Shown here one piece after another: positions 56,201 to 64,000 of a DNA stretch of 64,000 bases. The DNA comes from Callorhinchus milii (Eukaryota). A model generated the notes under the pieces. It saw only the letters and a program-made list of their open reading frames with translations. It did not search any database and was not told the origin of the DNA. Each line of letters begins with the position of its first letter. Position 1 is the first letter of the stretch. Position numbers and translations under genes: made by a program. The stretch spans positions 37,264,001-37,328,000 of the forward strand of contig NW_024704742.1 in the NCBI RefSeq assembly GCF_018977255.1, in the 5' to 3' direction.

Positions 56201-59200
56201 CCTATCCTGAAACCCAGGTATAATCCAAGTTTTAGTTGCAAAGTGAATCCAATGAAGTTACCCAGTTGAATCTGTTATCTTTCAAGCATGGATATCTGTA
56301 AAAGCTATTGCTCATTAGTATCCAAAGACAATATTCCTCCATCCTTCTACATTAGCAACCAATAGCATTGATTTGTGTGACATCTGTCTCTCGAGGCCTT
56401 CTTTTATACACAAAATATATATTTTTAAGCACGTTCCCGAATTCTGTTAAAATTCCACAGAGAAACAACAATAACAACAACAAGATTACATTTGTATCAC
56501 GACGGGAGGACGTCCCAAGGCACCGAAAAAAACACAAGTAAAAATTTCCTCACCTATTTGTTCAAAAGGAATTCGAATGTTACCCTCTTTGGTCGAGATG
56601 ACCATGACGCTGGCTGGGTATGTGGAGACATTAGATTCAGGCGTTGAGATGTTGGTTATATTTGTCGAGATACAGTAGAGATAAAGATACAAGGGTATGA
56701 GGCCCACGACCAGGATAGTTGAAGACACAGTCATAATAATGCTGAAAAGTAGTACAATTCAATATACATTTATGCAGCACTTTTGACATTAGGAGATGTT
56801 TCAAAGCACTTTACAAAACTGGCTGGTCACCCAAACTGTGGGTGAAGTGGAGCTGGAGAGGTTAGTGGAGGGGGGAAAGGTGACTGATGGCACTATCAAA
56901 GAGATAATATTGAGGTCGACTTTAAAAGTGAGGATGGATGGAGTGAGTCGGAAAGACTCTGGGATGGAGTTCCAGAGAATGGTGGCAGAATGGCTGAAAG
57001 CCTGCTCACTGATGGTGCAGCATGATAGGGCAGAGGACACCAAACAGGCTAAGAAATGACTGCATGTTAATAAAAATCATTTGTAACCAGAGGTGTGCTT
57101 TGCAGATGAAGAGTTTAACTCAAGGACAATCTGTGACTCTCAGACTTATTTCTCTTAATCTTCTGCATTTTTAGCAACTCGAATTCAAAATCAAATCCTT
57201 GCATGTTGAGCCTTATTGCTACAGAGCATGCAAAGTTTTTGTTATCTGAGACCCTACATACTTGTTATTGTATATGCCAGCTGATTCACATGGAGATAAT
57301 TTGAAGACATGTCTTTAACCTCCGCACCCCTTGTTGCAAATGGTGTTAATTTGCTTTGATCAAGAGGAGCAAGTCACCATTTTGTACAGTGATGTATTAG
57401 TTTGACAAAGAGAAAAACTGTGGGAAAATGAACAGCATAAGAGGGTCATTGAATGTGTTTTTTGCACTGTGACTCACTACTCAAGTGGAATGGAAATCCT
57501 TGTTAGCATACTTTATTAAAAAATGTTGGGCAGAAACTTGTAGGAGGGATTTGAATGCTAGGACAAGGATCTTGAACCCGCAGAGGATCAAATTCAAGAT
57601 CCTCTTCCTCACTTTCAAGGCCATCCATGGCCTTGCCCCTTCCTACCTCTCTGACCTGCTGACTCCCTACCCACCCGCCCGCTCCCTCTGTTCATCAGGC
57701 TCCGGCCAGCTCCATGTCTCCCGCCCGACCCACTCTACCATCGGTGGCCGAGCTTTCAGCCGCTCTGCCCCCACACTCTGGAACTCCATTCCACAGTCCC
57801 TTTGCCTCGCTTCCTCCCTTGCCTCCTTCAAGGCCGGTCTCAAGACTCTCCTCTTCGATCATGTCTTCAGTCGCCCTCCCACCTCCCTGCCTTCCCTCAC
57901 CCCTACCCTACTCCTCCCCCATGCTCGGGTCCTGACACCTGACTGTCCAGCACCTTGGGATGTCCTCCCGATTTGAAAGGTGCTCTATAAATGTAATTTT
58001 GTCATTGTTGTTGTTGTTGTTGAATTTAATCCGCTGGGAGTTGGGAGTCTTTGGAGCCAAGTGAGGATTCACTGAGCCTGGTGTGGGAGAGGACACAAGA
58101 TCCAGAGTTCTTTGTGTCTGCAGCTTGCATAGGGGGAGTCTGGTGAGGCAGGAGTTTGAAAGTGTAGCCTGGATAAGATGAAGAGATATAGTACAGCATT
58201 GTTATCAAATAATGTCTCTTATGAAATCATGGGATGGGTAGTGGGCTAAACTGATGTGCTCAGCTAGCTACACATCTATTGTGATTACGCCCATCAATTC
58301 CATGTGTTTTAAAGATGCCACTCTACATTTTGTAATAAGCACAGTCAGTTAAGAGATGGAGAGAAGCATGTTCAGAAAAGGAGAGAGCTAGATGTTTGGA
58401 GGGATATTGTATTATATGATAAAAACAGAGCTGCAGCTTGAGGTGTTTTAAAAGGAAGCATTTCCTATCATTGATTGATTGCAGAATGCACGCTCTTTAA
58501 ATCACAAATTTTAAAAACTCAATTTTAGTTTCACCCATCAGAGGACAAAATCATTCTCTGACAGACATATGATCTTATTGCTTGTTTTAGAGGCTAGAGG
58601 CTATCACTGGGATGTTTGACTATGAGTAATAAGGTAGAGAAAATGCCTTCAAATTTTTGTTTTACTGTTTCAATATCTCAACTGAACCATACGGTTCAGA
58701 CCTTACTGACTTAATTACTTAAGGCTTATTTTTATATTTGAAAACCTACCTCTTCAACCATGGCTATGGTCATCTTCCTCTGCCCCTTTTCCCTTGCTTG
58801 GCATCCAACCCTGCCACTATGCAATGCTCCAAGACACTGTCCTACATGAAGGGCAATATATAAATGCAAATTGTTGTTGATCTTGGCCCTCATGACCACA
58901 GTGCGGAGAGAAGCCATTCTTGCTCTGAGAAAGGCATTTCAGTCGGGTAACTATTGAAAAACTTGACCCTGCTCTTACTAGACATTTCAGCTGCCTGATG
59001 CCTTGTATGGCGAAGTACATACTGCTATCTATGTGAGCAGTTATAATTAACTATTTAAGTGTAAACAATGTTTCTCGGGATTCAATGTGATTTCAACGCT
59101 TTCCAGTAAGTTCTGATGGATCAAGACACATTGAATCTCAGAAAATGTAGTCTTGATCCATTACTCCTTGAGCACTTAATGGCTGCAATGAAGAACATGC

Positions 59201-62200
59201 ACACAACATGTACACTTACTGGCTGCATTGAATTATGCATGTGCTGCGTAGATTATTGATTAAATCAGATTTTATACAATTTATAGTTTGTATAAATTGC
59301 AACTCCAACTTCATGTAAATCGTATTAACTGTTATGGTCCCAGTTGATAGAGTTTTACTGTCCAGACAGTATAGACAACAAGGTTCCTCAGATTTGTATT
59401 ATCTGAGCCAAACATACAAAGTTCAAAGACAACATAATTTGCATCAGTCACTGGTAATTGAAGAAATACTGGAAAAACAAAGACTGTAAAATAAAAACCA
59501 AAGTGAGTCAAACAGTTTGGTTTTGAGCAAGCTATCTGAAGCACAACATTAAGATAATAGGCAAAACAAAGAATGATAATATGTACATCTGGATTGTCTC
59601 TGAATTATATGTTAATGATTTACTAGGATAGCATTTGATCTCTTACAAGCTGATCATGTGATTTTCTTTCAGACTAGAACTGAAACTGAAATTTGGTAAT
59701 ATCCTTTAAAAACATCTAGTCATTCATAAATAGCCTGGAGGTAAAATCGAAGAGTGAATTTTTATATGAAGGTGTGTAACAATGGAAGCCGCTTTAACTG
59801 GACGCTGGTTAACCTCCAGACAATCAGACAAAATACGCAGCCCTGATTCATTTGTATTCTTATCCATTTTAAATATGCTTGTTAATTAGAACAAAAATTC
59901 AGTAATTCCGGACAAAATGCTGCTGCAGCTACTCACACACCACAAGCAGCTCCATGATGGAACATAGGAACATACGAGTTAGGAGCAGGAGTAGGCCTAT
60001 CGGTCCCTCAAGCCTGCCCCACTATTCAATAAGATCATGGCTGATCTTCTAACCTAACTCCATCTGCCCGCCTTATCCCCATATCCCTTAATCTCTCTAT
60101 CCTTTAGAAATCTATCAATCTCAGTCTTGAATATGTTCAAGGACTGAGCATCTACAGCCTTCTGGGGTAGAGAATTCCATAAATTTACTACCCTCTGAGT
60201 GAAGAAGTGTTTCCTCAACTCAGTTTGAAAAGGCTGACCCTTAATCTTAAGACTGTGACCCCTACCAGGGGCTAGATTCTCCTACCAGGGGAAACAGTCT
60301 CACACTGCCTACTCTGTCAAGCCCCATAAGAATCTTATATGTTTCTATAAGATTACCCCTAATTCTTCTATATCCTAGAGAATATAGGCCTAGTTTACTC
60401 AACCTATCCTCATAGGTCAACCCTCTTATTCCACGAGCTAACCTAGTGAATCTACACTGCACCCCCTCTAAGGCCAGTATGTCCTTTCTTAAATAAGGAG
60501 ACCAAAACTGCACACAATATTCGAGGTGCAATCTCACCAAGGCCCTATATAGTTGCAGCAAGACTTCCCTATTCTTGCATTCTAAACCTTTAGCAATAAA
60601 CGTCAACATACCATTAACTTTCCTAGTTGCTTGCTGTACCTGCATACTAACTTTTTGTGACTGGTGTACAAGGACACCCAAATTCCTCTGAACACTAACA
60701 CTATCTAGTCTCTCCCCCTCTAGAAAATAATCTGCTTTTCTGTTTTTACTACCTAGGTGAATAACTTCACATGTCCCCATGTTATATTCCATCTGCCACC
60801 TGCTTGCCCATTCACCTAGCCTATCTATATCCCTTTGCAATCTTTTTGTGTCATCCTCAGAGCTTAATCTCCCATCTAGCTTAGTATCATCCACAACTTT
60901 AGATATTTTAAGTTCTATATCCTCATCTAGCTCATTGATATAGATTGTAAATAGTTGAGGCCAAGCACTGATCCTTGTGGCACTCACTAGCCACATCTTG
61001 CCAATCTGAGAAGACCCTTTTATCCCTACCCTCTGTTTTCTTCCCGTTAGCCACTCTTCGATCCATACTAATATATTGCCTTTAATTTCATGGGTCGTAA
61101 TCTTGTGTAGCAGCCTTTTATGTGGCGCCTTGTCAAATGTCTTCTGAAAATCTAATTACACTGCACCTACTGGTTCCCCCCGTCTAACCTGCTAGTTACA
61201 CCCTCAAAGAACTCTAAATGATTTGTTAAGCATGATTTCCCTTTTGTAAAGCCATGTTGACTCTGCCTAATCATTATGGTCTTCTAAGTACTCCACGACG
61301 ATGTCCCTAATTAAGGATTCTAGAATTTTCCCTACCACCGACGTCAGACTGACTAGTCTATAGTTCCCCATCTTCTCTCTCACACTCTTCTTAAATAGTG
61401 GTGTTACATTTGTGATCTTCCAATCAATGGGAACCGTTCCAGAAGATCAAAAACAAGGCTTCCACTATCTCAGCAGCCACCTCTTTTAAAACCCTAGGAT
61501 GCAGACCATTAGGTCCAGGGGATTTATCATTTTTCAATCCCAACAGTTTCCCTAGTACTAATTCTTTACTGATGTTAATTTCTCTAAATTGCTCACTAAC
61601 ATTAGCTTCTTGGTTTAACATAATGCCTTATGTTCTACACAATCTGTTCTACAATAGGGAGCCAGTGGAGCCTGGCAAGGATTGGAGTGATGGGAGTGTG
61701 GAGAGAAGAACAATAAGGAAAAATAGTGAGTTCCATTTTCAGCACTTTCAACCTGTCAAGTACAATTCATTTTCTCAACAGCAAGTAGAAGCAAAACAAT
61801 TAAGCTTGGCATTCCAGGCATTCGAACCCACACATTGTAACTAAAAGGCAAGAGTGCGTTAAACTGAGTCAAACTGGTGATACATGTGATAGTGATATAT
61901 TAATCTACTCAAGTAGTCAGAGTTGTGAACAAATTTATTTTGCATTGATTTCCATTTTGGCAGATCATCCGTCAATGATTAGTCTGATGTCAGCTGTCCC
62001 TGTATTATGTTGCTAAGGATCTGGCAAGAGCAGTTTGGCAGGAGCCAATGCTTGGTGGATATGTGTTTGGAGTACTAATAGAGTCTAACCTCTGGAACTC
62101 CATTCCACAGACCCTCCACCTCGACCCTCCCTTGCCTCCTTCTAGACCCATCTCAAGACCCTCCTCTTCGACCGTGCTTTCGATCACCCTCCTTCCACCC

Positions 62201-63316
62201 CTTGCCCTCCACCCTCCCCAATCTCGAAACCCAGCTCGGGTCCGAAACTCTGACCGTCCAGCACCTTGAGATGGCCTCCCGACGTGAAAGGCATTATACA
62301 ACTAATTTTTGTGGTTGATGTTGTAAAGCTTGCCACAAGCTTTACGGAACAGAAGCTGAGTGGAACAACTTGCATTAAATATAGCACCCTTCATGCAGGG
62401 TAGCATCTCGGAGCACTTGAATTCTTGAACCCCAGAGACCATTCTGCCCCTCCAAGTCCTGCCAATGAGCCAAACTAGCTAGTTTCTCATCAGCTGTGCC
62501 CAGGAGTACTGAAGACCCCTCTTGCTTAGAAACCACCAGAGGGCTGGCTCAGTTCCGACATTACGTTGTTAAGTATCATCTTGGAGCCAATTCAGCTCCA
62601 AAGAGAGCCTGCTTAGCTTCCTGCAAAGAGGATAGTCAGTAGTAGGTCATTTGGTAATTTTCTTAACTCTGAAAATGCTCCAAAAGGTTTTGATCGATTT
62701 TTACAGAAGCAGGATATTAGATGACGTTGTTGGGCACTGGATGGCATCACCACAAAGATACTGGACAAAAGATCCTGGGCAATTGTTCTGTCAGACACTA
62801 CAACTGACATTGCCCCATTATTGAAATCTCTGAAACTTGTCATCTGCTGGGAACATCAATCCAGTCATTGGCAAAGAAAAAGAGGATTTAAATAGGCTTG
62901 CAAATTGGGAGGCACCCACGAGAGAAAGAGAGAAGTCAAACTATAAGCACTCACCTGAGATCCATATCTCCATCCGTCCAGTAGCTTATCAGGTTTGAAA
63001 CAATTCCTCCAGGGCTAGAACCCATAACCAGAACAGCGATTGCTGAAGTTGGGTTCAGACTAAAAGAAAGTCCTAGGATTATTGCAACGAGAGGCATCAC
63101 CCCAAGCTGACAAGCCATGCCCACAGCGAGAGCCTTAGGTCTCTTCAAGTGAGCCCACAGCTTGTGCAAATCTGTAGTGCAGCCCATGGAAAGCATGATA
63201 AACAGAAGGGCGACAGCAAAAAGCTTCGAAACAATCTTCATCAAGTTCTTATTGAAATCTTCAGAACTGATTGTGCTGTTGCTGCTGACCTCTGAAGTTT
63301 TTGTCAAATTTTCCAT
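50048..63316 (-). CDS. SLC10A6: SLC10 family Na+-dependent steroid sulfate/bile acid transporter, SLC10A6 (SOAT)-like; 6 exons, 399 aa
   Basis: Motifs MLSMGC, CQLGVMPL, SPGG..SN, DGDMDLS, WPKQAK, SWQRCRTIAIETGTQN and GFLIAAAYQ. Exon lengths sum to 1200 nt. Neighbour PTPN13 and the WQRCRT/GFLI motifs favour SLC10A6 over SLC10A2. Confidence 0.85.
51437..51600 (-). CDS. SLC10A6: SLC10A6-like exon 5: RCRTIAIETGTQNGYLC...YPLIYICCQIFYGFLIAA
   Basis: ttcag| acceptor, |gtaggt donor, 164 nt; ETG.QN Na+-site motif. Confidence 0.93.
51875..52265 (-). mobile_element. L2-clade LINE 3' fragment
   Basis: DFKILTLVFKS peptide; (CAA)n tail. Confidence 0.8.
52742..52838 (+). mobile_element. Probable Penelope-like element terminal remnant with a hammerhead-like core
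   Basis: ctgacga-a-aggtc-att-gacct-gaaacgtt followed by ctctccatagatgctgcctgacctgctg; family assignment is from recollection. Confidence 0.6.
53144..53319 (-). CDS. SLC10A6: SLC10A6-like exon 4: MGSAVSAGLLII...GIINPFIGYLAGFTVAVILRLSWQ
   Basis: cacag| acceptor, |gtaatg donor, 176 nt. Confidence 0.92.
54667..54755 (-). CDS. SLC10A6: SLC10A6-like exon 3: IGLVTLIIPIAFGILFKRKWPKQAKIFLK
   Basis: accag| acceptor, |gtaagt donor, 89 nt. Confidence 0.92.
55822..55938. repeat. Tandem duplication of about 58 bp
   Basis: agttgaaattgtttattttt...actgg.gaatctaatgt occurs twice. Confidence 0.85.
56554..56741 (-). CDS. SLC10A6: SLC10A6-like exon 2: SIIMTVSSTILVVGLIPLYLYLY...IRIPFEQIG
   Basis: ttcag| acceptor, |gtgag donor, 188 nt, phase 2-1. 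Confidence 0.9.
57575..58022 (+). mobile_element. L2-clade LINE 3' fragment
   Basis: PQRIKFKIL...GGRAFSRSAPTLWNSIP peptide; (TTG)n tail. Similar short 3' fragments at about 55080-55490, 56760-57050 and 62085-62320. Confidence 0.88.
59780..59959. mobile_element. Second, truncated copy of the Tigger-like MITE
   Basis: caatggaagccgctttaactggac and attcatttgtattctt...ttttaaatatgc align with 25637-25840. Confidence 0.7.
59960..61585 (-). mobile_element. CR1-clade LINE, 1.6 kb 3' portion (inactive RT)
   Basis: KSPGPNGLHPRVLKE, LFTIYINEL, VVDDTKL (FADD degenerate) and LEYCVQFWSP; 3'UTR ggagcaggagtaggcc on the + strand. Confidence 0.93.
62955..63316 (-). CDS. SLC10A6: SLC10A6-like exon 1: MENLTKTSEVSSNST...YWTDGDMDL
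   Basis: ATG at 63316, |gtgagt donor, 362 nt; N-terminal NLT and NST sequons. Confidence 0.92.
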
Positions 63317-63774
63317 TTCTACTTCACAATCAAAACTATTCAAAGAGCGTAGCTAAGCAGTGTGGAAGCACTGATTTCTAAGTCTGGTGTGACTGTACTT
63401 TCTCTTTTATGAATAGCAAGATGCACAGAGGAACTTAATGCCCAACAATAAATCACTGCCATGATTGGCCAAGATAATTTATTCATATTTTACTTAACCC
63501 TTCAAGAGCTGGAACAGTGGAATAAACTTTCAGAACTAGACAAACTTTGAGAACTTCAGTTAACGAACATTACTGATCCAATGACTAATATTATTGGAAT
63601 AAATCTAATATTGAGATCTACAATAACAAAAACTTGCATTTACATAGGGTCCTTCGCACAGGGTAGCTTCTCAAAAGCACAAATAAAGGTTCATTATTAT
63701 TACAATTGTGACTAGATATTTAGAAATAGATAATAATAATAATAATAATAATAGATCCCCTAAATGAAAATGCC

Positions 63775-64000
63775 AGTGTTCAGGAAGCTAAATAGGGTTA
63801 ATTTTGTAGGTTTGAGGAAAGATTTAGGTAAAATAGCCTAGAGAATAAGATTAAGAGATAAAAATCTAGACCAACAGTGACAAATATTTAAGGATGTAGT
63901 GCAAAATTCTCAGCGGTCGCATATTCCCTTGCGGAATAAGACTACCACAGGGAAAGCAATTCATCCGTGGCTAACTAGAGCTGTTAGGGAAAGCATCAAA
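63775..64000 (+). mobile_element. CR1-clade ORF2 fragment running off the window end
   Basis: Translates to NFVGLRKDLGK...QIFKDVV...HIPLR...HPWLTRAVRESIK with stop codons. Confidence 0.7.

Noticed and set aside
60262..60996. 244-aa ORF as a host gene or active reverse transcriptase
   Set aside because: It is a CR1 ORF2 fragment. The catalytic motif is degenerate (VVDD), and the element is frameshifted and 5'-truncated.
62951..63343. SLC10A start at 63343 as given in the ORF track
   Set aside because: That start is TTG. The first ATG is at 63316, and the ORF end runs into the intron.
63400..63600. TATA-like, CCAAT and HNF1-like promoter elements for SLC10A6
   Set aside because: Matches are short or degenerate in AT-rich DNA and cannot be supported without TSS data.

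Overview
Eukaryotic (vertebrate) genomic DNA. The repeat content (DeuSINE-like and tRNA-SINEs, L2 and CR1 LINEs, a Penelope-like remnant) suggests a cartilaginous fish; this is an inference. Three spliced genes were rebuilt by hand, all with GT-AG introns and consistent reading phase. (1) The last 10 coding exons of PTPN13 (+, 173-13712), with an intact PTP domain. (2) A TMEM144-like gene (-, 18857-38208): 11 coding exons, start codon probably in a further exon near 43.7 kb. (3) A complete 6-exon SLC10A6/SOAT-like Na+/steroid-bile-acid symporter (-, 50048-63316, 399 aa). Introns are full of decayed L2 and CR1 fragments, a young tRNA-derived SINE that shares the L2 3' stem-loop, a probable solo LTR, a Tigger/pogo-like MITE and an unidentified repeat family. 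The best leads are the TMEM144 gene sitting between PTPN13 and SLC10A6, a glycosylation-rich insertion of about 23 aa in the SLC10A transporter, a minimal hammerhead-like motif, a 38-bp intronic hairpin, a locally templated insertion flanked by 12-bp direct repeats, and covarying SINE/LINE tail hairpins. I found no convincing wholly new multi-gene system. Most entries in the ORF track are spurious or repeat-derived. Exon coordinates were counted to the base; repeat boundaries are approximate.
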